Of a stretch of DNA of 64,000 bases, positions 37,701-49,700 are shown one piece after another. The position numbers and the translations under genes were made by a program. This DNA comes from Elusimicrobiales bacterium (GTDB lineage: Bacteria; Elusimicrobiota; Elusimicrobia; Elusimicrobiales; UBA9959). The DNA lies in the NCBI GenBank assembly GCA_036171915.1, contig JAVHRY010000138.1, positions 2,890 to 66,889 on the forward strand, in the 5' to 3' direction. Each line of letters starts with the position of its first letter. Position 1 is the first letter of the stretch. Under the pieces are notes generated by a model that worked only from the letters and a program-made list of their open reading frames with translations, did no database searches and was not told the DNA's origin.

Positions 37701-40700
37701 CTCGTTTATGTACACGTTCGATATCTGCGGCTGCGCCGCGGCCTGGTTGGAGAGGGCGGAAATATTCCCGGCCTTGTCGCCGGTTTTTACGGCGAAATAA
37801 TAGGTCTTGCCCGTATCCAGGCCGTACAGCACGCGCGCCTCGGGCTGGCCGGCCGCGGCCGGGCTCCAGGCCTGCGCGTAGGTGCTGGCCGCGCTGAACA
37901 GCGCGTCGGTGGTGATCTGGAACGTGGCGGACTTCACTACATAGTAACCGCCGTTATCATCTCCGGCGGCGCCGTCGTCCCCGGGGGCGGCCCAGGACAG
38001 CTGCACGGAGCCGCGCACCGGGCCGGCGGCCGCGGCGAGGCCGGCTATGGCAGCGGGCGGCTGCGTATCTTTCAGCACCTTGAAAGCGTCCACCAGCGTA
38101 GTGGTGCTGAAAGCGTTGTCGATGGCGCGCACGCTTATATAGTTGGTGCCGTTCCCGAGCAGGGCGAAGCTGAGCGCCCAGTTGGCCTGCGAAAGGGACC
38201 CCAGGGTACCGGAAGAAATAACCGTCCAGTCCAGGGTCTGGATGCCGGTCTGCGAGGGCCCGCTGGAGGCTGAGTATTCCAGGCTCCTCAGCTGCGAACC
38301 TCCCACGTCGGCGAAGTCCACGTCGTAACCGGGCCCCTGGTCCGAATTGTGCCACGCGGAATCGTACCCGGCGTCCAGGTTATTGGTGATGGTCGGGGGC
38401 ACGGTATCCTTTTGGACGTTGAAAGCGTCCAGGATATAAGAAGAATAATTCCCGGCATTGTCGCGCGCCCGGACGGCCACGTAATTCTGGCCCTGCGGCA
38501 GCAGGTCGAAGGTACCCTGGGTAAGCGGCCAGTCGGCGGAATAGGAATCGGAGTTGATGCCGGAGACCTGGTCGGTCCAATCCTGCAGCAGCGTGCCGCC
38601 GCCGCCGGCCTGCGAGAAGATCCTGGTCTGGATGGACGCCAGGTGCGACCCGCCAGGATCCGTGGCGTCTATATTATAAGCAACGCGCGTATTGCACCAG
38701 TTGTCATCCCCCGGCTGGTTGTCTATGACCGTGGGCGGCACCGGGTCCTGCCTGTCGAAGGCCAGCGCCGCGGACTCGTGGTTGAAGTCGGACAGCGTCG
38801 TCGTGTGCTGGAAATTGGAGGAAGCGGTGGTGCCGGCCCAGGCCGAACCTCCCCACAGGGTGGTCTTAAGTATGCCCAGGGTATCGATGCCCATAGCCGT
38901 TATCTTGCTGGTATTAGGGTCGGGAACAAGCGCCAGCCAGTTTATATTCCCGGCGAAAGTGGTATTAGTGTTTACCGTAGCGCCCGAAAGCGTGGCCGGG
39001 GTCCAGGCGCCGTTAAGCCAGGTAGCGTAAGTCAGGCGCGTAGGATTGGCGGAGGTGACGGCCGCGGTCATGAACTTGCCGGACTGCGCCTCCCAGGCGG
39101 CGTCGGCGATGCGCGAGGCGTTGGCGCGCCCGGTGCCGGAAGTCGGTAGGGCCGACCAGGCCTCCACGGTAAGCGTAGGCCGCCAGATAGCCGCTGCCCA
39201 GGTGGAGGAGCCGTTTATGGAAGTCATTCCAAGGCGGTTCGTAGTAGGGTCGGCCGCCAGCCTGAGCCAGTTGCCGGCCGCGGCGATGGCCGGCCCGGTC
39301 TTGACGGTTTCCCAGGCCGCGGAAGTGGAACGCCAGATACGGTAGTTGGTGGTAACGCCGGTGCCCCAGAGCGCCAGCGCGTTGCCCGTCAGGGATTCCC
39401 AGTCGCCGTCGAAGCATTCCTCGGTGGCTATGGAAGCGGCGGTGGTGAGGTTCTGGTTGGACACCCAGGCGGAGCCGTTCCAGACGGCCGCGGTGATGTC
39501 GGAATTGGCGTCCAGCGCCATCAGCAGGATGCGGTTGGTGCCCGGCATGGGCTTCAGGCGCACCCAGTTGATAACCCCGGTTAGCGAGGCAAGCGGCAGC
39601 GAGGCCGGCGGCGCCACCCAGGCGGAAGAGGTGGCCGACCAGACCGCGTAGGTTACGGCGCCGGCGGCGCCGTTATAGTAGGCGGCCAGCATCCTGCCTG
39701 AAAGATTCTCTGGCGCCAGGTCGAACTTGCGCGTGGCCGAGCCGCCCGGAGCTGGCGCCGGAGAAGGCGTGACATCGGTCCAGGAGGAGTTTAGGCCGTC
39801 CCAGTTCAGGAACTTCAGGCTGTTGTCCGAAGCGAGGAAGCCGCCCAGTTTCGAGTTGGCCACCACGGACACGGATTTAAGTTCGGTCCAGAGCACATTG
39901 GCTGCCGTGGCCGCGGCATCCGTTTCGGCGTGCCAGGTTTCAGGAGTCCAGCTGCGGTATTTTGGGATAGTGGAAGCCCCCGAGCCGTAAACTATCATGC
40001 CGGCGGCCGCGCCCGCCGGAGTGGCGCTGGAGGTGGGCACGTTGGAAATGGCCCCCGCATTCCCCATCTCATCCACAGCTTTTATAGCGATAGAGTAGGT
40101 GGTGCCGGGAACTAGCCCGTCCATCACGCGGCTCTCGGCCTGGCCGTAGGCCAGAGGGATCCATTCCTGCGTGAAGGTGGAAACCGCGGGCGCGCTGAAA
40201 TTACCAGCGGTTATAAGCGCTGTAGAGTAGCGGACTATATAAGAGGTCGCCGTCCCGGCATTGGTAAAGCCTTTGACTCCTTCTCCCGGAGCTGTCCAGG
40301 CAAGCGCTATCTGGCCCTGGAAATCGGCCATGGCCGCGGAGAGGTCGGAGATGGCGCCGGGCGGGGTTTGGTCCACGCCTGCGTAGGTGGAGGTCATATT
40401 ACTGAGCGGCCCCATGTTACCGGCTTTGTCTACGCCCTCTACGGCGATATAATAGGTGACGCCCGCGGTAAGACCGCTCATGGTAAGCCCTTCCAGCGAA
40501 CCGGCGGCTTTCGGAGCCAGCGTGGATACGTACACCGAAGCGGCGTCAAAAGCGGCCTGATCGGCGAAGGCGTCGGTCCCATAGCGTATCAGGTAGTAGC
40601 TGGCATTGCCGATAAGCGCGTTATCCCCGGGAGCGTTCCATCTGGCGTACAGGTCGCCTTCGCCGGCCGGGCCGGTCTTGGCGAGGGAGGCCAGCGTGGT

Positions 40701-43700
40701 TATGGCGGAAGGCGGCACGGTATCTTTCAGTATATAGAAAACATCCACGGCGGCGGAGGAATGCCCGAGGGCGTCCCACGCGGTTACGGTTATATAGCTG
40801 GTACCCGGGGGCAGCAGCAGCCAGTCGGCGCCGTAAACTCCCCAGTCCTGCGTATAGGAGGACATGGGCGGCCCGGAGAAGATCGGCGTGGACGGCAGGA
40901 CCTGGCCGCCTGTATGCCCGGGGCCGGCCCAGGCCTCGTAGGCGGCGCTGGAAACGCCGATGCTGGCGTCGGCGAAATCTATGTTGAAGACCGGGCCCGG
41001 GTTGAGCCTGTACCAGGTGGTGTCCCCGTTCTGCAGGTCCGTAATGACCGGCGCGGCGGTGTCTTTCTTAACGTAGAAGACGTCCCCGGCTTCGGCCTGG
41101 TTGCCGGCGGCATCCCAGGCGCGCACCGAGATATAATTGAGGCCCGGCGCCAGGTTATTGAAATCCACTGGCCAGTCCGCGGTGTAGGCGGCGGTGGGCG
41201 CGGCGAAGATCTGCGTCCAGCCCTTCACCGGGGAACCTGTCTGGCCGGGCCCGGTCCAGGCGGCATAGGCGGCGCTGGACACCCCGGAGCCGCCGTCGGC
41301 GAAATCCACGTCGTAAAGAGATCCGGAGACGTCGCGCCAGGTATCGGACCCCGCCTGGTTGTCGTAGATAGAGGGCGCCGTCGTATCTTTCAGCACCCTG
41401 AACGCGTCCGTTATGGTGTAGGAACTGCCGGCATTGTCCCACACGCGCACGCTCACGTAATTGGTGGCGCTGTCGGCAAGGCCGTTCCAGATGCCCAGGG
41501 ACAGGGGCCAGGGCACGGAGTAAGTGTTGGCGTTGATGGCCGTGATATTATCCGTCCAGTCGAAGGCTGTTATGCCGGTGCCGCCGGGGCCGGTGCTGGC
41601 CTTAAGCTGGAACCTGGAGATCCGCGAGCCGCCGGTGTCGCCGAAAGAAACGCTGTAGGCGCCGCCGTTGGAATTCCGCCAGGAGAATTCGCCCGCCTGG
41701 CTGCTGACGGCCGTCGGGGGCGTGGTGTCTTTCTTTATAAAGAAAGCGTCCTTGAGCACCGCGGTGGAACCAGCTATATCCCAGGCGCGCACGCTTATGT
41801 AGTTCGTCACGCCCTCCCTGAGGGCGGCAAAATCCACCGGCCAGTCCGCCGTGTAGGACAGGCCGCCGCCCGGAGCGGCAATGGTGGTCCAGCCCTTCAC
41901 TCCGCCGTCGGCCGAAGCCTGCGCGGTGCTGGCGCTGTACTCAAAAGCAGCCAGCCCGCTCATGGCGTCGTTAAAGTCAAGGTTATAATTGCGGCCTGCA
42001 TTGAGCCAAGCGGCGTCGCCCCCGGCTTCTCCGTTAGCGAAGAAAGGCGTTGTCGTATCCTTGAGAATAAAGAACGGCTGGACTCCGTACGCAAAGGTGC
42101 TGCCTGCCGCGTCCCAGACCTGCACGGAAATATAATTGGTCCCCTCGCCCAGCAGGTCCCATAGCCCCTGGGGCACCGGCAGCCCGGAGGCGTAAGAGTC
42201 AGAGTTGATCCCGGTAAGGGCGTCGGACCAGTCAAAATACCACGGCCCCAGCGTGCCCGAGTTCGGCGAAGCCCGGAGCTGCACTTTAGAGAGCCTGGAG
42301 CCGCCGGTATCGGTAAAAGTCACGTTATAGACCGTTCCCGAGCTGCGGCGCCAGTAAGAGTCCCCGGCCTGGCTGCCGGCCAGCGCCGGCGGGGTGGTGT
42401 CCTTCAGCACGAAGAACGCGTCCACCACGGTGGAGGTGTTGCCTGCCACATCGTAAGCCCGCAGGGAAATGTAATTAGTCACGTTCTCCATCAGCAGCGT
42501 AAAGGAAGAGGCGGGAAGGGCGAAACCGCCGGTTAAAGAACCCGAATTTATCCCGGCCTGTATGACCGTCCAATTAAAGAGGTAGGGGCCGGTGCCGGCG
42601 TTAGTGGAAGCCCGCACCTCGAGCCCGGACAGCAGCGAGCCGCCGGCATCGGCCAGGTTTATGTTGTAAACGGTGCCCGGCCCGTTGCGCCAGGCCAGGT
42701 CCCCGCCGGCCGCGTTATTGGCCACCTGGGGCGCTACCGTATCCTTAAACACGTAGAACACATCGGGCAGTTCCGCGTAGAACCCGGCCTGGTTATAGGC
42801 GCGCACCGACACGTAGTTGTAGTAGCCGCTGAGCATGGCGTTAAAAGCCGCGGCGGGCAGGGGCCAGTCCGTAGAATAGGCATAAGCATTAAGCCCCGTA
42901 ACGGCGGCCGTCCAGCCGGAGGTGAACGGCCCCAGGTTGCCGGGCAGCGTGGAAGAGCGCACTTCGAAGCGGTCCAGCGGCGAACCGCCCAGCGCGGCCG
43001 CGGAAATTTTATAAAGCCCGTTATTAAGGGAGCGCCAGGCGTCGTCCCCCGTCTGATTATCGGTCAGTGAAACCGCCTGCGTGTCCTTGCGTATATAGAA
43101 TGCTCCGACCGTAGCGGAAGAGGAGCCCGCGCCGTCCCAGGCGCGTACGGAAATGTAGGAAGTGCCGCTTGAAAGCAGGCTCCACATCTGGCTGGTAAGC
43201 TGCCAGTCGGCGGTATAGGACTGGGCATTTATCCCGGAGGCCAGCGTGGTCCAGTCGAACAGCGGCGTACCGTGAGCCGCCGCGTCCGTGGTGGCCTTCA
43301 CCTGGAAGTAGTCCATCCCGGAACCGCCGGCATCCTGGAAATGCACGCTATACAAGCCGGTATTGGCGGAACGCCAGACATTATCCCCGGCCTGGCCGTT
43401 CAGCACGGAAGGCGGGGTAGTGTCCTTCCTGACTGAATACACGTCCGCCTGCTGGGCGCTGTTGCCGGCGTTATCGTAGACGCGCACCGACACGTAATTG
43501 GGGCCTTCGTTAAGCGTGCTGAAGTCCGGGCCCCAGGGCAGGCTGTAATAAGTAGCGTTAACGGTCAGGCGGTCTGTCCAGTCGCGTATCACCGTGCCGG
43601 TGCCGGCGGGGCCGGAGGTTATCCTGGTCTGGAACCGGTCTATCTTTGACCCGCCCAGGTCGGTAAAACCCACGTTATAGACAGGCCCCGGGTCGGCGGC

Positions 43701-46700
43701 GCGCCAGACATTGTCGTCGGGCTGGTTGTCCTGGATGGCCGGGTTGGTTATATCCTTGAGAATATAGAAGGCGTCGTTGGCCGTCCGGCTGCTGCCCAGC
43801 ATGTCGTAGGCGCGCACCGACACATAGTTCGTCGCGGTCTCCGCCAGGGTGAAGAAGTCCACCGGCCAATCCGCGGGATAAGAGGCCGCGCCGGCCGCCG
43901 TGAAGATCACGGTCCAGTCCTTGAGCACGGAGCCGCCGCCGGCCGGCTGAGAGGTTATGCGGTACTGCGCCGTGGCGAGCCCGGCGCCCAGGTCCTCAAA
44001 ATTCACGTCATAGAGCGTGCCCGAAGTCCTGCGCCAGACGTTATCCCCGGCCTGAACGACCGTCACAGAAGGGGCGGAGGTGTCTTTGCGCACCACGAAA
44101 GCGTCCGCGGCCGCGGAAGAAAGGGCTACGCGGTCGAAAGCGCGCACCGACACGTAGTTGAGGCCCTCTGCGAGCGCCGCGAAGTCCAGCGCCCAGTCGG
44201 CCGGCGCGTAAAGCGTGCCGGTGGAAGAGAGGAGGTCGGTCCAGTCCTTCAGCACCGTACCCGCCCCGGCCGGGGCCGAGGTCACGCGGTACTGCGCGGT
44301 AGTCACCCCTGAAGTCAGGTCGCGGAAATCCACGTTGAAGACCGCGCCCGGATCGGCCACCAGCCAGGCGGTGGGGCTGACCTGGTTGTTGCTTATCAGC
44401 GGGCTGGAGGTATCCACGGTGAAGGCCCTGGTGGCCATATCGGCGGAATAGTTGCCGGCGCGGTCGAACGCCCTGGCACGCCAGTAATAGTTGCCGTCGG
44501 CAACATTAGCCAGCGAGGCCTGCGAGACAGCCGTAACGGACGAAGCGTAAACAGAGGAGAAGTCCTGGTAAAGGGAGGCCTCGAGGACGTAGCCGGCCGC
44601 GCCTGACCGCAGGTCCGAAGCGTCGGTCCAGTCGAAGGCCGCGGTAGCCGTAGAATAGGCGGCCTTGTCGGCGGGAGAGACCGCGGCCACGGCGGAGGGC
44701 GGGGTAGTGTCTTTCAAAATATAGAACGCGTCCGCGGCCGCGGAGCTCTGCGCGAGCAGGTCGAAGGCGCGCACCGTGACGTAACCGGTAGCCCATTCCT
44801 GGAGCGCCGCGAAGTCCGCTGGCCAGGGCGCGGTATAGGAAGCCGCGCCGCCGGGCGAAGCTATGTCGGTCCAGTCCTTCAGCACGGCCCCGCCCTGCGC
44901 GGGCTGCGAGGTTATCCGGTATTGCGCCGTGGCGAGCCCCGAGAGCGCGTCGTAGAAAGACACATTATAAGCCTTGCCGGCCGCGCCCTGCCAGGCCGTA
45001 TCCCCGCCCTGGTTCAACCCGAGGGAAGGGGGCGAAGTATCCTTCAGCACGTAGAAAGCGTTATTAAGGACGGAAAAACTGGGCTGCAGGTCGTAGACGC
45101 GCAGGGAAATATAATTCTTGCCCGGCGCCAGGGCGTCGAAAACCGCCTGGGGCAGCGCCCAGTTGGCGGAATAAGCCGTGGAGCCGATATTCCAGGCCGC
45201 GCTGGTCCAGGCTACCAGGTAGGCGGGCGCGGCCGCGGAGGTGGCGGCGGTGACCTGGAAATAGTTCAGGTTATACCCGGACTCCGACTGGAAGTCCACG
45301 TTATAGAGCCCGTCGTTAAGATTGCGCCAGGCGTTGTCGCCGGCCTGTCCGTTTATGATGGAGGGCCCGGACCCTTCCTTGTATATGCTTAGCGCGTCGT
45401 TGTAGTAGGTGGTGTTCCCGGCCAGGTCGTAAGCGCGCACCGAGATATAGGAAGTCGCCAGGTTCGGCAGCGCCAGGTAGTTTACCGGCCAGGCCGCCGT
45501 ATAAGCGGGCGCGTTTATGTTGGCCGCTATATCGGTCCAGGGGATTATCTCCCCCCCGGCGCGGCCCGGCGCGGTCCAGGCCGAGTACTGGGCCTTGGAC
45601 AGCAGCGAGCCGCCGGTATCGGCAAAAGTTACGTTGACCGCGTCCACGTCCGCCTGGCTGGCGGCCAGCGGGATATTCGCCTGGTTATCGGCCACGGTGG
45701 GCGCCGTGGTGTCTTTATTTATGTAAAAAGCGTCGGGCAGCGTAGTAAGCTGGCCCAACCGGTCATAAACCCGCACCGACACATAATTGGTACCCTGGGC
45801 CAGCAGGTTCCAGTTAGCCGCCGAAAGCCCCCAGTTGGCGCCGTAAAGCTGGACATTAAGCCCGGAAGCGAGGTCCGACCAGTCCACCAGGGTAGCGCCG
45901 CCCTGCGCCGGCAGCGAATTGACCCGGTACTGTATGGTCGCCACGCCGGAGTAAAGGTCCCTGAAATCCACGTCGTAAACAGCGCCGGGATTAGCCGCGC
46001 GCCAGACGGCGTCCCCGGCCTGGTTATTGATAATGTCCGGGCCGTAAGTATCTTTGAGCACGGTGAACAAGTCGGCGCGGACCGCGGTGGAGCCGGCCAC
46101 GTCCCAGGCCCTGGCGGAGATATAATTCGTGCCGGCCCCGAGCAGGGCGAAATTCACGCCCCAGGGAACGGAGTAGGCCAGCCTGGGAGTGCCGGAGGAG
46201 ATAAGGGTCCAGGCCAGTGAATTGGCCCCGGTCTGTCCGGGCCCGCTCCAGGCCGAGTACTCCATCGTGTCCAGGCCGGTAAGGTTGTCGGCAAAGGTGA
46301 CGTTATAGGTAGCGCCGCCTCCGGAGTTGCGCCAGAAAGCTTCTCCGGACTGGTAGTCAGTTATAACAGGCGGGACCGTGTCCGCTATTACCCTGAACGA
46401 GGAACTATACCCGGAATAGTTGCCGGCATTATCTGCCGCCTTGACGCGCCAATAGTACGTGGTCCCGGCGGAGAGGGCGCCGGTCTGCTGCGAAACGGAA
46501 GGGGCGGCGGAGTAGGCCGGCGGGGCGAACCCGGCGGCGGTGGAAACCTCCAGCGAATAGCCATAGATGCCGGAAGAACCGTCCGAAGAATCCGACCAGT
46601 CGAACAGCGGCCCGAGCGTGGCGGCGGGCGCGAGATCGGAAGGAGAGAGAAGCGAAGGCGCAGACGGCGGCGTAGTGTCTTTTTTTACATAAAAGGCGTC

Positions 46701-49700
46701 GTCCTGCTCGGACATGTTGCCGGCATTGTCGTAAACACGCAACGAGACCCGGCCCACGCCTTCGGGCAGGGCAGTGAAGGTGGAGGCGGCCAGGGCCCAG
46801 TCATAGGGATAGGCGTTGGCGTTTATCCCGGAAACCGGCGCGTACCAGTCCGCCACCAGCGTCCCGGTCTGCGCCGGTCCGGTCGTCAGTTTTACCTCGA
46901 AGCGCGAAAGCGCCGATCCCCCGGCGTCGGCGAAGTGCACGTTGTAGGCACCGTTATTGACGGAACGCCAGGTATCGTCCCCGGACTGGCCATTGGCTAT
47001 GGACGGGGCCGTAATATCCTTTTTCACATAGAAGACGTCGCTGGCCGTGGTGGTGGCGCCGCTCACGTCCCAGACGCGCACTGAAACGTAGTTCGTGCCG
47101 TTCTCGGCGAGAGCGGAGAAAGCCACGGACCAGTCGGAGTTGTAGGCCGGGGAGTTTATGTTAGAAGCGATATAGGTCCAGTCCTTTATCAGCGTTCCGT
47201 TCTGCCCGGGCAGAGAGGTGACCTTATACTGGGCGGCGGAAAGGCCGGAGGCCCCGGCGTCCTCGAAATGCACATTATACAGGGTACCGGGCGCCGAACG
47301 CCAGGTGTCATCCCCGGCCTGGTTGTCGGCCACGCGCGGCGCGGCGGTGGATTTCCTAACATAGAACACGTCGCTAAGCGCCGAGGACAGGCCAGCGTTG
47401 TCGTAAGCCCTTACTGAGATGTAGTTCAGGCCGCTGGCCAGCGAGTCGAACACGGAAGCCGGCAGGGCCCAGCCGCCGGGGTAGAGATCCGCGCCTATGC
47501 CCGCGGCCACGGTGGTCCAGTCCGCCGTGACCAGGCCGGTCTGGGCGGCCCCGGTAGCGGCTTTCACCTGGAAGTAGGACAGCTTGGAACCGCCGGAATC
47601 GGCGAAGCTGACATCATAGAGCCCGGTGTTGGAGGCGCGCCAGGCGTCGTCGCCGGACTGGCTGTCGGTTATGCCGGGCGGGGTGGTGTCTTTTTTTATA
47701 TAGAAGACGTCGTCCAGCGCCGCGGAGTTGCCGGCGTTGTCGTAAACCCGGGCGGACACATAGGAAACGCCCTGCGGCAGGTTCAGCCAGGTGGAGATGC
47801 CCAGGTCGAAGTTGTCCGTATAGGCCGCGGCGTTGAGACCAGCGGCCCGGTCGAACCAGTTGGAGATAAGGCCGCCGGTCTGGTTCGGGCCGGACATTAT
47901 CTTAAGCTGGAAATTGGAGAGCAGCGACGCGCCCGTATCCTGGAAGTCCACGTCGAACTGCGCCCCGGGGACCGCGCGCCAGGCGTCGTCGCCGGGCTGG
48001 TTGTCCACTATGTTGGGGGCGTAGACGTCCTTTTTCACGTAGAACACGTCGGGGGCGGTAACGGTGGACCCCGCGGCGTCCCAGACCCGCACGGAGATGA
48101 AATTAGTGCCATCGCCTAGCAGGCCGAAATTAACGCCCCAGGCCGCGCCGTAGGCGTCGGCGCCCAGCGGCGTGGAGGTTATTATGGTCCACGGGGTAGC
48201 GTTGGCGCCGGTCAGCCCTGGGCCGGACCAGGCCGAGTATTCCAGCGATTCTATATGGGAACCGCCGGTATCGGCAAAAGCCACGTTATAGACCGCGCCG
48301 GGGTTGGAGGAATGCCAGGCGTTGTCCGCCGCCTGGTTGTTCTGCACCGAAGGCGGCGCGGTGTCGACGCGCACCGCCCAGGTAGAGGAATAGTTGCCGT
48401 AGTTGCCGGCATTATCCAGCGCGCGGGCGCGCCAGTAGTAGCCGCCGGAAGCCATAGTCTGCGAATACTGCGACAGCGTTTTCAGCGCGCTGGAGTAGAC
48501 GACGGCGAAATCGGAGGAGGTGGCGACATAGACCTCGTAGCCGTAGACGCCGGAACCGGAGTCGGAGGCGTCGCTCCAGTCAAAAGTCACGTTGGCGTTA
48601 TTGGTTATAGTGCCGCTGGCAGGGGAAACCGGCGCGACGGCGGAAGGCGCGGAGGTGTCCTTGCGCACATAAAAAACATCATTGAGCAGCGAAACGTTGC
48701 CTGCCCCGTCGTAAGCCCTGACGGAAACATAGGACTGGCCCTCGGGCAGCGCGGCCCAGGTGGAAGCCCCGAGCGCGAAATCGTCTGTGTAGGAAACCGC
48801 GTTTATCCCGGTCACCCTGTCGAACCAATTGGCCAGCACGGTGCCGCTCTGGTTGGGCCCGGAGGTTATCTTGAGCTGGAACCTGTCCAGCAGCGAGCCG
48901 CCCGCGTCGGCGAAATCCACGTTATAAAGAGTGCCGGCCGAGGCCAGCCAGGAATCGCCGCCGGGCTGGTTGTCCGTTATCACGGGCGCCTGCGCGTCCT
49001 TGCGGATATAGAACACGTCGTTGGTGACGGTAAGGTTGCCGGCGCGGTCATAAGACTGCACTGAAACGTAGTTGGTGCCGTTCTGCAGCAGCGCCCAATT
49101 GGCGGGAGAAAGGCTCCAGGGCGCCGCGTAAGAAGGCGAAGCAATGCCCGAAGCTATAGGCCCGGCCGCGAAGGGAACCAACTGCGCCCCGGTACGGCCG
49201 GTGGAACTGTAGACCGAGTAGCCGGCGGAATCCAGCAGGGAGCCGCCAGCGTCCGTAAAGCCCACGGCGTAGGCCGTGCCCGAAGCGTTGCGCCAGGCAT
49301 TGTCCCCGCTCTGGCCGTTTACCGTCACCGGCAGCACAGTATCCACCAGCACGGTATAGGCGGAGGTATAAGCGGAACCGTTCCCGACCAGGTCCGCGGC
49401 GCGCGCGCGCCAGTAATACAGCGCGCTGGGAAGAACCGCCGAAGTGGACTCCGAGACCGAAGGCGAAGCGCTGTAGACCGGGGTAGTGAAATCGACAGAA
49501 GTCGCCACCTGAAGCTCGTAGTTGTTTACGCCGCTGGCCAGGTCCGAAGAATTTCCCCAATCGAAGTAGACAACCGGGTTTTTAAGGAAAGCCCCATCGG
49601 CGGGCAAAAGCAGCGCGGGTACTGTAGGCGGCGTAGTGTCTTTCTTGACATAGAAAGCGTCCGTCACGGGATTAAGGGACACATTATCCGAGCCGTCAGT

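Noticed and set aside
36669-49064. Long ORFs in the track on the + strand inside the giant gene (for example 36669..37658 at 329 aa, 40368..42164 at 598 aa and 48255..49064 at 269 aa).
   Set aside because: They are antisense to a continuous 9,403-codon frame. They are extremely R/G/P/V-rich with no motifs, as expected for open non-coding frames in GC-rich DNA. The minus-strand frame carries coherent, periodic domain signatures.
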